Shown here in pieces: positions 9,591 through 19,643 of a DNA stretch of 64,000 nt (the stretch's first letter is position 1; each line of letters begins with the position of its first letter). The stretch covers positions 32,001 to 96,000 of the forward strand of contig CBDEUM010000018.1 of NCBI GenBank assembly GCA_965242925.1. Direction: 5' to 3'. This DNA comes from Roseibacillus sp. (lineage in GTDB: Bacteria > Verrucomicrobiota > Verrucomicrobiia > Verrucomicrobiales > Akkermansiaceae). The notes beneath the pieces were generated by a model. The model made no database searches, was not told where the DNA came from, and saw nothing but the letters and a program-made list of their open reading frames with translations. Both the position numbers and the translations under genes were made by a program.

Positions 9591-12500
9591 CTATCGCTGG
9601 GGAACGGGGGCTTCCAGCACGGTGGCCCCATTCCTGTCGCTCATGACAAGGACGCTGAACTTGAGCACGTCACCGATGTCACTTGTGCTCACGCTGGCAT
9701 AGTCGAACTTTCCCCGGAGATCAGTGTAGCCGTCCTTGTAGAACTGCGGACCGGAACTGGTCAGGGCATAGACCTTGACGTATGTGGCGGGGAGGGGGCG
9801 GTTGTCACCGGCGTGGCGCACGGTGAGGATGCCGTAGCGTTCGCTGACCGCGGTGTTCAGTTCGTTGGAGTAAACGGCCAGGGACCGTTTTTTCCCTCCT
9901 CCAATCACCTCGACGAGGACATTCTTGGACTGATACTCGCGGGGAAGTTCAAAATTATGCGAGCGGTTGTTGTCAGCCAGTTGGAGACGCTCGGACTTGT
10001 TGGGTCGCACTACTGAGAAGCTGCCACTGCTGCTGGATACGAACGGGTTGGTGCTGAAGAGGAACTCCAGGTCCATTTCGTAGTAGTTGACCTGCACATT
10101 GGTCACCCTCTGGTAGTCAATGGTGACCAGGGATCCGTCCACTCTGAGGTCGAGGGAGGGTTCCGCGGCGGCCAGTTTGGCCTGCTGCTGGTTCCGGTCC
10201 TCTTCAGTGGCAATCTGCGGCCCCTTGCCCTGAATCTCGTCGGCCTGTGCGATCACATTGACGAAGCGTTCGCGCCAGCGGTCCACCGGGTGCTGGGTGT
10301 ATTTCACGGCAATGGCGCGGGCCTCATCCGGTTGGGCCCGGTAGAAGGCGCTGTAGGCGCGGAAGTAGTCGTATTGGATGCTGGTGGGGAGAGCTTCCGC
10401 ATTCACCGTGTCCAGCCTGTCCATGGCCTCCGCAGCCCGGTCCTGCAGGAAGAGGTAGTAGGTAGTGCTCAGCTGGTCGGCGTGATCAAGCGTGGGTTTC
10501 TGGCTTAGAATACGCAGGAAGCTCTGGTACTGGTTGCGGATGCGGCCATTCAGGATCTTACGCGTCCCCCCTACGACGTGAGCGCGATTGTTAACGAGAG
10601 GCTTGTACTCGAGATGTTCGTAGGCGCGACGGGCCACGGGATCGATGGTGACGAGCTCACTGGCGAGATAGTCACCGCAGTTGTTGAGGTAGCGTCCGTC
10701 CACGAGGAGAAACTGGCGGGCGATGGGCATGTGATTGTGGAAGAGCCCATAGCTGTAGAGTTCGCGATGGTACTTGCCCCGGCGGTGCAGGATCTCGAGG
10801 GCCTTCCTGAAGAAGTCCCCGCTCTCGCGGCAGCGCCAGGCAACCTGGAGGAGATTGATGTTGTGCAGGTTCATTTTTGAGAGGTAGGTGAGGACCTGTT
10901 CCCCGGTGCCCCACTGACTGATGTGAGCCCAGGAACTTTCATCCACCCTGGAGGGTTCGCTCACCACCTTGAAGGTGAACTTCTCGGCGTGGGCAATGAC
11001 GGCGCCACTCTTGGAGACATGGGCCGGATAGCATGGATAGTCGCCGGCGGCTGGGAAGTAGAAGAAGTGCTCGAGACGCTGGGTGGTGTAGGGGTCGAGG
11101 GAGATCTTGCGCGTGCCCGTGGCGCGGTGACCGAGCACCGGCATGGCCCCCTGCGGAATCTGGAGCAGCACGTCGAGTTTCTGCCTGGTGCTGGTGGGGT
11201 TGGTGACCACGACCTGGGCCCCGTAGGCCACGCTGGTCACGAACTCATCGCTGACGAACTTGTCGACCTGCTCGCCATTCTCGATCCGGTGGCGGTCGCC
11301 GTGGCGGAAGTAGGCCTGGCTTACCAGGAGGGGAGGACGGTTGTCGGCCAGTCCGGCTTCCTTTATCTCACGGTGGAAGGCGATGGCGCTGTCCGCGGCG
11401 GTGAAGACAAGTTTGGGTCCATCAATATCCATGCTGCTCTCCGGTGAATCGAAGGGCAGGTCAAGAACGGCAAGGGCGAGGAGGGTTTCGTGAATATTCC
11501 GGGCGGCTTCTCCCAGGTGCCTTGAGCCGAATGCTTTCCCCTTCTCATGCCGGACGTAGTCGAGCCAGAACCTGCTCTCGGCAATGAGGTCATGAGTGTG
11601 GGAACCAATGGGCAGCCGGTAGTAATTCGTCTCGGCCCACTCCCTGGTGGTTTCCACCGCGCGGTAGAGCGCCTCCACGGTGGAAGCGTCGAGGTCGGAG
11701 TCGCTGGCATAGGCGTCGAAGGCATCTTCTTTTCCGACAAAGTCCTTCTGCTGTAGTTCTGCCTTTTCCCGTCCCTCCTTTGCCTTGGCCTGGCGTTTGT
11801 CCTGTACCGCACCCAGTTTCTTCATTTCCTCAACGGCCGACTCGGTTACGGCCCCTTCTGCCTCATCCAGGGACAGGGCATTGCTCTCCAGGCTGCGTCT
11901 CAGGGACCGGCCCCGGCTTTTTCCATCCGTGAAACCGCCCCCGGCCCCGGGGGCGGAGGCCACCGGGGGGCTTGCTGGTGCGGAGATCGCATCAGTAACC
12001 CGGCCAAACCAGCCGTTGGCCTTGTCCCGGGCCGCATTGAGGTCGCTGAAGGTCAGTCCGCCGGTCGCGAGTGCTCCATTGAAGAGCATGTTGGAGCGGG
12101 TAAGGTCGGGGGGGTGGAGCGCGAGGCGGTCGCGAAAATCCCACTGCGTGCTTTCGAGGCGGTCCTCGGAGCGATGGGCAAGGAGAATGCGCTCCAGGGA
12201 GTTGAGACGTTCGTATTCGAACGGTTCGAGGTAGGGGTTGAGCTTGGATCCCAGCAGGAACTTGTCGACGAAGGTCTGGTCGCGTTTGTTGGCAAGGTAG
12301 GGTGCGATCACCTCCGCGAAGAACCGGGGATCCTTTTTCCAGAGGAAGAAGTTCAGCTCATGGCAGGCGAACTGGGAATACCTGGTGCGTTTTTCCTCTT
12401 CCTTGAGATCCGGCCAGTTGAGGATGAACTCGAATTGACGCAGGGTTGCATCCTCCCGGACGGCAAGCAGGTAACGGTAAGCGCTGGAGAGATTCTCAAA

Positions 12501-15500
12501 AACCTCAAGGCGCGCGGTGCGCAGGTCCTTGATCTCCAGGCGCTCGCCCTTCTTCAGGAGGGTGACCGAGTCCTGTTCGGTGAAGTGGCGATCCGGGTCG
12601 AGGGCCTGGCGGAGGCGCAGGTCCGCGATTTCGGTTGCGCGTTCCGGCAGGGAGAGTTCGCCGTAGCTTGCCCCCTGATGGTCGAGGACGAGGACGTGCA
12701 CGTGCTGGCGGTCGCCGAAGGCATCGAGGTCGATGGAGAGGTGGCCCTTCTCGTCCGGTTGCAGGTTGAGAAGACTGACCGGGCCGTTGACGAGGAAATC
12801 GACCGCGCTGCCGGTAGGAACTTCCTCCCCAGCCTGTTTGCGCGCTGAAGGCGAGGATGCTCTTGCGGCCTTGGCGGCCTGGCCGGTCAGGGCGCGATCG
12901 TAATCTTCCCCCTTCGTGAGGGTTTCCTCTTCCGCCTCGGTGTCGCGGACGGCCCAGGGATTGAGGATAATCTCAGGGCGTTCGAGCATGTTGCCCGGCA
13001 GTTTCCGGGCATAGCGCCGCTCAAGGACGTAGCGGAATTCGTCCCCGATCTTGCGACCGCTGACGTAGAGGTTGGGCAGGTGGCCGGGGGTGCCGCTGAA
13101 GAGTCCGCCCCGGGGGGCGTGGCCGAGGAAGCCAAAGAGGTCGAAGTCCGGCAGGAAGCGGGTGGCAATAATGTGTACGCGGGTGGCCTTGTCGGTATTC
13201 GCCACGTTGATCTCCAGAGACTTGCCGTCGACGGAGAGCTTTGTCAGGTGCGAGGGGTCCCGGTCGACCAACTCGAGGGTCCGGGCGCTGTTGAAGACGT
13301 GCCCGTTGGCCACCGTTCCCCGGGCAACCCGGAGGGTGATGGACTGGCTGCTCTTCTTGAGGAGGAGGCGGTAGTCGCCGGGTTCAAGGTTGTCGGCCAC
13401 GAGGAAGCCGTCCTTGAGAGACAGGGCCTTGAAAGCGTCTGAAGTGATTCCGGCCGGGGAGATGGCATGGAGGGCCAGTTCTTCCCGGGTCAGGGTCCCG
13501 GCGTAGGGAATGTGGATACTTTCTCCGGCCACGGCATGGATTAACCCGGGATTTGTGCGGCGGGCCCGGGGAAGCTGCCAGACGCGCTGGTGGTTGTCCG
13601 CGGTCCGGGCAGTGATGCTCGCGACACCATCGAGAGCTCCGAGCTCAACGCCCCCTGACTTGTCGGTTTTCAGGGTGAAGCTCCGGGTATTCTTGAAATT
13701 GGGCCGTCGGATCGTGACGTAGAGATGTTGCCCCAGGCCAGGCTCTCCGCTTCGTCCGAGGAGCTGAACGGTGTACTTTCCGTTCACCCTGCTCAGGAAG
13801 AGGTCCCTGATCCGGTCACTGCGAAGCTGTCCGTTGATCGTGAAGGCCTGGTCGGCGGAGAGCTCGATCTCCTTCTGCCCCTGGCTGGCCACCTTGACAG
13901 CGGCGACCAATCGGATGTTGAGGCTGGAGAGACGGTTGGGAACCCGGATCTCGTGAGTGGCTTCCCGGTCGGAGGCGATCTTGAAGTCGCTTACCGTGCT
14001 GGTGGTGGAGATGCCGTCGAGGTCGGTCGAAACAAGGACCAGGCGGACCTTCTCGAGACGTGTCAGCGAGATGGGTTGTCCGGCCACGGTGAGGGTGGGG
14101 CGGACCATGATGGTGGCCTTGGCACCCGGACGGAGGGCCTCACGGTCGAGGCGAATGCCGGCGTGGAGCTGGTAGGATTCCGACGAGTGCTGGAAGTGGG
14201 CGAGGCTGGCGAAGCCATCGGGGGCTTCAATGACGGGGGTGCGCGTGCCGGGCTCGTTGGAGAAGGGGATGAGGGTGCGGCCCTTTTCGTCACATTCATA
14301 GCGGCGGCCTCCGAACCAGACGGCGACCCCGGGGGCTGGTTTGCGGGTTTCATCCAGGATGGTGATTACTTCTCCCCCGCTGCTGGTGGCGGAGAGGACG
14401 TCGAGGCGGCCCTTGCGGATGACGGCCCGGCTGCTCTTGCTGCCTCCAATGAATTCGACGATCCATACTCCGCGCCGGTCTTCGATCTCGGGAAACTCGA
14501 AATCGCGGGGAACCCGGCGCTGCGGGGCCTCCTTGTAATCGAAGGTGCGTTCGTGGTTGGTGACCAGTCCGTCGAGGGCGAGGTCGGTACTGACCTCGGT
14601 GCCGTGCTTGAGGTAGTAATTGAGGGTGTTCACCTCAAAGACCTTCACGATCAGGGTCTGCACGTTCTTGAGGTGAACGCGGAGGCTGACGTTGTCGCTG
14701 ACTCCGAAGTGTTCCGGATTGCTGGGATCAAATTCGATGTCGACCCGGTCCTTCAGGGCCTGGAACTGGCTGGGGCTCAGCAGGGAGGCCCAACGCTCGG
14801 GGTCACCGATCCCGTTGACGATCTTGGTTTCGGCAAAGACCGCCTTGAGCCAGCTCTCTCTGAAGTAGGGAGCGTAGGCCTTGTAGTCTCCGGATTCCCT
14901 GAGGAAATGAAGGAGATAATTCCGGACGACCGGCTCGTCAGTGCCGATGGGGGCCAGTCCGGTCACGTTACGGAAGTTCTGGCCAAGATTTGCGGGGTGA
15001 CGCCAGAGCTCGCTCTCCTTCCGGGCCCAGTCCGGATGCACGTAGGGGACACGGCGGGGGAGCTTGACGTATGTCATGAAGCGGTTGGCATCATGCGCGC
15101 CCTGGGAGTGATCAAAGACCAGACGCTGGTAGAGAAGGTGTGCCTTCAGGGAATTGAAGGAGGGCCCGAGCCGGGAGACGAATTTCCAGGCGCGTTCCAG
15201 GTAAGCCTTGCGGACTTCCGGACTGGCAGCTGGATTGGCATCGGCGCCGGGGCGCAGCTTGGCGAGGTAGGTGTGAACGTAATTTGCGTTGAGGAGGAGG
15301 TCCTTCCGCCCGCCACGCAGTTCATCGAGCTGGGCGATGGTGAGCGCGCGATGAATGTTGAACTCGCCGAACCCCCGGCTCTCCTTGCTTTTAAGATCCT
15401 CCAGGATGAGAGCGATCAGGCCGGGGAGATCGGGGTTGTCGGCGCGACTGAGGAGATCACGCCTCTGGGCTCCGGTGAGGGCATGTCCGCTGGTGAGCAG

Positions 15501-16010
15501 GGCGAAGAATTCGTTCCGGGTGATATTTTGCAGGGTCTGGATGCCTCGGAGGGCATCAGCAAGGAATTTGTTCCATGAGAGTTCCTCCTGCTTGAGGACC
15601 GAGGGAAACTCCCGGGCCCTGGCCTTGCCTTCCTGCTGGTGGCTAAACTGCAGCTTCAGCTCGCGCCGGATATGTTCCAGCGAGTTCTTTGGATCGCGAG
15701 GATAATTGATGAGGGCTTCGCGGTTGAGAATGAGGTTGCGCAGGCTGGATTTCGGAAAGCGCTTGTGCCACTGGGCAAGGATGTCAGCGAGTTCCTTGTC
15801 CTGCCTGGTATTCTGATAGTGAAGGGCATGGAAGTAGTAGTAGTCCTCGGTTCCCGGGATGAGTTGCTTGAGCGCTTCCCCGCGGTCGTCGGCAAGGGCA
15901 AATTTCTCGATGAAGCCGATCTCCTGCTGAGCGCAGATCCAGGGAATGAGGGTCGCCAGAATGGCAGAGGCAAGCATGACAGGGTGGGTGAATCGGGATG
16001 CTTTGTTCAT
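9591..16010 (-). CDS. Very large exported protein (2139 aa), possibly alpha-2-macroglobulin-like but lacking a thioester motif
   Basis: Long uninterrupted ORF with signal peptide. Beta-rich modules with (T/C/P)D..G motifs, low-complexity charged linkers, C-terminal YVKVY..FYKDGYTDLRGKFDY. No CxEQ. The CDS is secure; the family call is tentative. Confidence 0.75.
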   Translation of the reverse strand: MNKASRFTHPVMLASAILATLIPWICAQQEIGFIEKFALADDRGEALKQLIPGTEDYYYFHALHYQNTRQDKELADILAQWHKRFPKSSLRNLILNREALINYPRDPKNSLEHIRRELKLQFSHQQEGKARAREFPSVLKQEELSWNKFLADALRGIQTLQNITRNEFFALLTSGHALTGAQRRDLLSRADNPDLPGLIALILEDLKSKESRGFGEFNIHRALTIAQLDELRGGRKDLLLNANYVHTYLAKLRPGADANPAASPEVRKAYLERAWKFVSRLGPSFNSLKAHLLYQRLVFDHSQGAHDANRFMTYVKLPRRVPYVHPDWARKESELWRHPANLGQNFRNVTGLAPIGTDEPVVRNYLLHFLRESGDYKAYAPYFRESWLKAVFAETKIVNGIGDPERWASLLSPSQFQALKDRVDIEFDPSNPEHFGVSDNVSLRVHLKNVQTLIVKVFEVNTLNYYLKHGTEVSTDLALDGLVTNHERTFDYKEAPQRRVPRDFEFPEIEDRRGVWIVEFIGGSKSSRAVIRKGRLDVLSATSSGGEVITILDETRKPAPGVAVWFGGRRYECDEKGRTLIPFSNEPGTRTPVIEAPDGFASLAHFQHSSESYQLHAGIRLDREALRPGAKATIMVRPTLTVAGQPISLTRLEKVRLVLVSTDLDGISTTSTVSDFKIASDREATHEIRVPNRLSSLNIRLVAAVKVASQGQKEIELSADQAFTINGQLRSDRIRDLFLSRVNGKYTVQLLGRSGEPGLGQHLYVTIRRPNFKNTRSFTLKTDKSGGVELGALDGVASITARTADNHQRVWQLPRARRTNPGLIHAVAGESIHIPYAGTLTREELALHAISPAGITSDAFKALSLKDGFLVADNLEPGDYRLLLKKSSQSITLRVARGTVANGHVFNSARTLELVDRDPSHLTKLSVDGKSLEINVANTDKATRVHIIATRFLPDFDLFGFLGHAPRGGLFSGTPGHLPNLYVSGRKIGDEFRYVLERRYARKLPGNMLERPEIILNPWAVRDTEAEEETLTKGEDYDRALTGQAAKAARASSPSARKQAGEEVPTGSAVDFLVNGPVSLLNLQPDEKGHLSIDLDAFGDRQHVHVLVLDHQGASYGELSLPERATEIADLRLRQALDPDRHFTEQDSVTLLKKGERLEIKDLRTARLEVFENLSSAYRYLLAVREDATLRQFEFILNWPDLKEEEKRTRYSQFACHELNFFLWKKDPRFFAEVIAPYLANKRDQTFVDKFLLGSKLNPYLEPFEYERLNSLERILLAHRSEDRLESTQWDFRDRLALHPPDLTRSNMLFNGALATGGLTFSDLNAARDKANGWFGRVTDAISAPASPPVASAPGAGGGFTDGKSRGRSLRRSLESNALSLDEAEGAVTESAVEEMKKLGAVQDKRQAKAKEGREKAELQQKDFVGKEDAFDAYASDSDLDASTVEALYRAVETTREWAETNYYRLPIGSHTHDLIAESRFWLDYVRHEKGKAFGSRHLGEAARNIHETLLALAVLDLPFDSPESSMDIDGPKLVFTAADSAIAFHREIKEAGLADNRPPLLVSQAYFRHGDRHRIENGEQVDKFVSDEFVTSVAYGAQVVVTNPTSTRQKLDVLLQIPQGAMPVLGHRATGTRKISLDPYTTQRLEHFFYFPAAGDYPCYPAHVSKSGAVIAHAEKFTFKVVSEPSRVDESSWAHISQWGTGEQVLTYLSKMNLHNINLLQVAWRCRESGDFFRKALEILHRRGKYHRELYSYGLFHNHMPIARQFLLVDGRYLNNCGDYLASELVTIDPVARRAYEHLEYKPLVNNRAHVVGGTRKILNGRIRNQYQSFLRILSQKPTLDHADQLSTTYYLFLQDRAAEAMDRLDTVNAEALPTSIQYDYFRAYSAFYRAQPDEARAIAVKYTQHPVDRWRERFVNVIAQADEIQGKGPQIATEEDRNQQQAKLAAAEPSLDLRVDGSLVTIDYQRVTNVQVNYYEMDLEFLFSTNPFVSSSSGSFSVVRPNKSERLQLADNNRSHNFELPREYQSKNVLVEVIGGGKKRSLAVYSNELNTAVSERYGILTVRHAGDNRPLPATYVKVYALTSSGPQFYKDGYTDLRGKFDYASVSTSDIGDVLKFSVLVMSDRNGATVLEAPVPQR

Positions 16011-16199
16011 GAGCTGAATTCGGTTGTCTGGACGAAGTGCATGGTGTGCATGCCCTGGTTAAGGAGGATGACCACTAAGAAGCGGACACGATTCCAGTAT
16101 TTTTCTTAGGATTTTTTGGATCAGAAGAGCACATGCCATGCCCCAATCGGGGAAAGGTCAACCCGGACAGGAGCGCAGCGGGAGTCAAATATCCAGCGA

Positions 16200-16541
16200 T
16201 TATGCTTCCGGGTAGTGAAACTGGTCGAAAATCCCGGTTCTCCTGAAGAGCGGGTGCCAGCAACAGCTCAGCACCATGGAAGCGGCGGTAGGCAGGGCAA
16301 TACAGAGGATGATGAGGAAGGGATCGCTCATCCAGTCGGCCTGCGCGTTTCCTGCGGATACGGCAAGCAGGAGGAGGCCCGGGATGGTGGTGAGGAGTAA
16401 CCCGGGAAGGTTGAGCAATACCCAGGGAACAGCCGCGGCCCACCACAGCGGGGAGCCATTGGTTTCCAGGATAATGACGGCTCCCGCGGTGACGGTTCGC
16501 CAGAAATTGAGATTCAGGAGAAAGGGGGGGATCGGGGGCAT
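16200..16541 (-). CDS. Hypothetical small membrane protein
   Basis: 113-aa ORF with 2-3 hydrophobic segments, co-oriented between ptrB and the giant gene; no recognised family. Confidence 0.4.
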   Translation of the reverse strand: MPPIPPFLLNLNFWRTVTAGAVIILETNGSPLWWAAAVPWVLLNLPGLLLTTIPGLLLLAVSAGNAQADWMSDPFLIILCIALPTAASMVLSCCWHPLFRRTGIFDQFHYPEA

Positions 16542-16575
16542 GCAAGGGATGAGACCCCCGTCCTTCCCGGGGTAT

Positions 16576-18678
16576 TCATTCCAATCCCGCGAGGTTGAGG
16601 AGGAAGGCGTGCTCGAGGGCGGTATCGCGGTAGCGACCGAAGCGACCGGAAGCTCCCCCGTGTCCTGAGGTCATATCCGTTTTGAGGAGGATTGGATTGC
16701 TGCCGGTTGAGCGGTGGCGGAGACGGGCAGTCCACTTGGCCGGTTCCCAGTACTGGACCTGGGAGTCGTGCAGGCCGGCCAGGATAAGAAGGGCGGGATA
16801 GTCCACCGAGGTGACGTTGTCGTAGGGGGAGTAGGAGAGCATGTAGTGGTAGGCCTCCTCGTCGGCTGGGTTGCCCCATTCGTCATATTCAAAGGTCGTG
16901 AGCGGGATGGAATCGTCGAGCATGGTGGTCACTACGTCGACGAAGGGGACATCGGCAATGAGTCCGCGAAAGAGATCCGGTCGCATATTGGCCACCGCTC
17001 CGATCAGGAGTCCTCCCGCGCTACCTCCCCCCGCGAAGATCCGTTCGGGATCGGCGTATCTTTTTTTAACGAGGTATTCAGCGCAGTCGATGAAGTCGGT
17101 GAAGGTGTTTTTTTTCTTCATGAGCTTGCCGTCTTCGTACCAGTGCCGTCCATGCTCCTGGCCGCCACGGACGTGGGCGATGGCGTAGACGAATCCCCGG
17201 TCGACCAGGCTCAGCATCGTGCTGCGAAAGCCGGCCGACATGCTGGATCCGTAGGAACCGTAACCGTAGAGGTAGAGCGGAGCGGATCCGTCTCGCTTCA
17301 CACCCTTGTGATAAACAAGGGAGATGGGGACTTTCGTTCCGTCTCCTGCGATGGCGTCAAGGCGCTCGGTGCGATAGTCGTTCCGGTCAAATCCACCCAG
17401 GACCTTCTCTTCCTTGAGGAGAGTCTTTCTCCTCGTGCTCATGTTGTAATCGAAGACGCTGTCGGGAGTCCTCATCGATTCGAAGTTGAAGCGGAGGGTT
17501 CCGGTGTTCATTTCGGCGTTTACGCCGAGCGATGCCGAATAGGCCGGTTCGTCGAAGTCAATCTCGTGCCATTCCCCCTTTGCGTTGCGGATGCGGATAC
17601 GGTTGAGGGCATCGCGTCGTTCCACCACCACGAGATAGTCCCGAAATGCCTCCACGCTGCTCAGATAGGCATCTTCACGGGCGGGAATCATCTCCCTCCA
17701 GTTCTTCTCGGCAGTTTTTCCGACCGGGGTGACCATGAGGCGGAAGTTGGGGGCCTCCTTGTTGGTGCGCACGAGGAACTGATCACCCCAGTGCTCGATG
17801 CTGTACTCAAGGTTGCGGCGGCGGGGACTGAATACCCGCGGTTCCAGATCGGGTTGGTCGGCGTCGATGAGGAGAAATTCGTCGGAGAGTGTCTGGCTGC
17901 ACCCGATGACGATGAAGCGTTCGGACTTGGTCTTGTAGACGTAGCAGCGATAGGTTTCGTCCTTTTCCTCGAATACCAGTTCATCGTCCTGCACCGGCGA
18001 GCCCAGGACGTGCCGGTAGACCTGGTAGGAGCGCAGGGTCCTGGGATCCTGGCGGGTGTAGAAAACCGTCTTGTTGTCATTGGCCCAGGCGTGGTTGCCG
18101 GTGACCTCCTCCAGTTTGTCAGGAAGGATCTCACCGGTTTCGAGATCCTTGAACTGGAGCGTGTAGATCCGGCGGCCCTGGATGTCGGTTGAGAAGGCCA
18201 CGATCTTTTCATTGGAGCTTCTTTCCCCGGTGCGGAGACTGAAGAATTCATGGCCCCTGGCGAGGGTCGGGATATCGAACATGATCTCTTCCTTCTCCGT
18301 GCCGACTTTCCGCCGACAACTGAGCGGGTAGGAGTCCCCCTTGCGGTAGCGTCGGTAGTACTCGTAGTTCTTTTCGCGGTAAGGAACGGTGGAGTCGTCC
18401 TGCACGATGCGTCCCACGATTTCTTCGAAGAGGGTCTTCTGCAAGACCTCGGTCTCCTTCAGGACGGTTCTTGTATAGGCGTTTTCGGCCTCAAGATAGG
18501 AGACAACCGCTGGATCGTCCCTCTCCTTCAACCAGTAATAGGGATCGTCGCGGGTGTGCCCGTGCGGTGCGCCGATCTTGTGGGAAATGCGCTTGGCACG
18601 GGGTGGTTTGAGATCAGCCATGAGAAGGCAGGGCGCGAGCGAGACGAGAACAAGGAGCAATCGACCGGCAGAGTTCAT
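16576..18678 (-). CDS. ptrB: Oligopeptidase B (protease II, peptidase S9A) with signal peptide
   Basis: DDPYYWL, YGYGSYG, AHVRGG, KKNTFTDFI, GGSAGG catalytic Ser, VPFVDV, EYDEWGNP, YSPYDN, HDSQVQYWEPAKW, SGHGGASGR. Confidence 0.95.
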   Translation of the reverse strand: MNSAGRLLLVLVSLAPCLLMADLKPPRAKRISHKIGAPHGHTRDDPYYWLKERDDPAVVSYLEAENAYTRTVLKETEVLQKTLFEEIVGRIVQDDSTVPYREKNYEYYRRYRKGDSYPLSCRRKVGTEKEEIMFDIPTLARGHEFFSLRTGERSSNEKIVAFSTDIQGRRIYTLQFKDLETGEILPDKLEEVTGNHAWANDNKTVFYTRQDPRTLRSYQVYRHVLGSPVQDDELVFEEKDETYRCYVYKTKSERFIVIGCSQTLSDEFLLIDADQPDLEPRVFSPRRRNLEYSIEHWGDQFLVRTNKEAPNFRLMVTPVGKTAEKNWREMIPAREDAYLSSVEAFRDYLVVVERRDALNRIRIRNAKGEWHEIDFDEPAYSASLGVNAEMNTGTLRFNFESMRTPDSVFDYNMSTRRKTLLKEEKVLGGFDRNDYRTERLDAIAGDGTKVPISLVYHKGVKRDGSAPLYLYGYGSYGSSMSAGFRSTMLSLVDRGFVYAIAHVRGGQEHGRHWYEDGKLMKKKNTFTDFIDCAEYLVKKRYADPERIFAGGGSAGGLLIGAVANMRPDLFRGLIADVPFVDVVTTMLDDSIPLTTFEYDEWGNPADEEAYHYMLSYSPYDNVTSVDYPALLILAGLHDSQVQYWEPAKWTARLRHRSTGSNPILLKTDMTSGHGGASGRFGRYRDTALEHAFLLNLAGLE

Positions 18679-18774
18679 GGTTAAACCCTACTGCCATGGT
18701 CAAGGGGGGATCGGAGGCTTGTTCCCGGGCGGGGGGCGCGCTAAGGGGAGGGCCGACAATTACGCTCTGAACCG

Positions 18775-19641
18775 ATGCCGAATCCCTGGACTGGAAAAGG
18801 AAATCCCTATACGCGGGAAGAAGTGATCGAACGGTTGCAGGACAGCCTGGGCCGTGGAGAACCGATCATCGCGGCAGGAGCCGGCACGGGAATCAGTGCC
18901 AAGTTCATTGAGAAGGGTGGGGCTGACCTCATCATCATCTATAATTCCGGGCGCTTCCGCATGGCGGGGCACGGTTCCACCGCGGGCCTCATGGCCTACG
19001 GCGACGCCAATGCCGTGGCGATGGAAATCGGGGAGTTTGAAGTTCTTCCCGTGGTGGAGGAGATCCCGGTCATCTGCGGAGTGCACGGGAGCGATCCGCG
19101 GCGGCGCATGTGGCATTTTCTCGGGCAGGTCAGGGACATGGGTTTCAGTGGAGTGAACAATTTTCCCACCCACTCTATTGTGGATGGAAAGTTCCGGCAG
19201 ATTCTGGAGGAGACCGGCATGAGTGTGCAGAAGGAGGTTGATATGGTCGGGCTGGCACGCCGCATGGACCTCTTCTCCATCGTTTACGTCGGATCGCCGG
19301 AGGAGGCCCGGGAGATGGCGGAGGTGGGCGCTGATGCCATCATCGCCCACGTGGGAACCACCATCGGGGGGTCGGTCGGGGTGGTGGATGCCACCATGAC
19401 GATTGAGGAGGCAGCGGTCCGCACGCAGGAGATCATCGAGGCCGGGAAGTCGGTCCGCGACGATGTGATCTACCTCAGCCATGGGGGGCCCATTTCTACG
19501 CCGGAGGATGCGGCCTACATCAATGAGCACACTGATGCGGTGGGTTTTGTGGGAGCTTCCAGTCTGGAACGCATGGCGGTGGAGGAGTCTCTCACCAACC
19601 TCACACGCGAATTCAAGTCCATCCCGGTCAGGCGGAAGTAA
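18775..19641 (+). CDS. TIM-barrel signal transduction / phosphoenolpyruvate hydrolase-like protein (Tm-1 C-terminal domain family)
   Basis: GAGTGISAK, GADLIIIYNSGRFRMAG.GS.AGL.AYGDAN, GFSGV.NFPT, LEETGM...EV, HGGPI..PEDA, GF.GASS.ER. Confidence 0.9.
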   Translation: MPNPWTGKGNPYTREEVIERLQDSLGRGEPIIAAGAGTGISAKFIEKGGADLIIIYNSGRFRMAGHGSTAGLMAYGDANAVAMEIGEFEVLPVVEEIPVICGVHGSDPRRRMWHFLGQVRDMGFSGVNNFPTHSIVDGKFRQILEETGMSVQKEVDMVGLARRMDLFSIVYVGSPEEAREMAEVGADAIIAHVGTTIGGSVGVVDATMTIEEAAVRTQEIIEAGKSVRDDVIYLSHGGPISTPEDAAYINEHTDAVGFVGASSLERMAVEESLTNLTREFKSIPVRRK

Positions 19642-19643
19642 CG

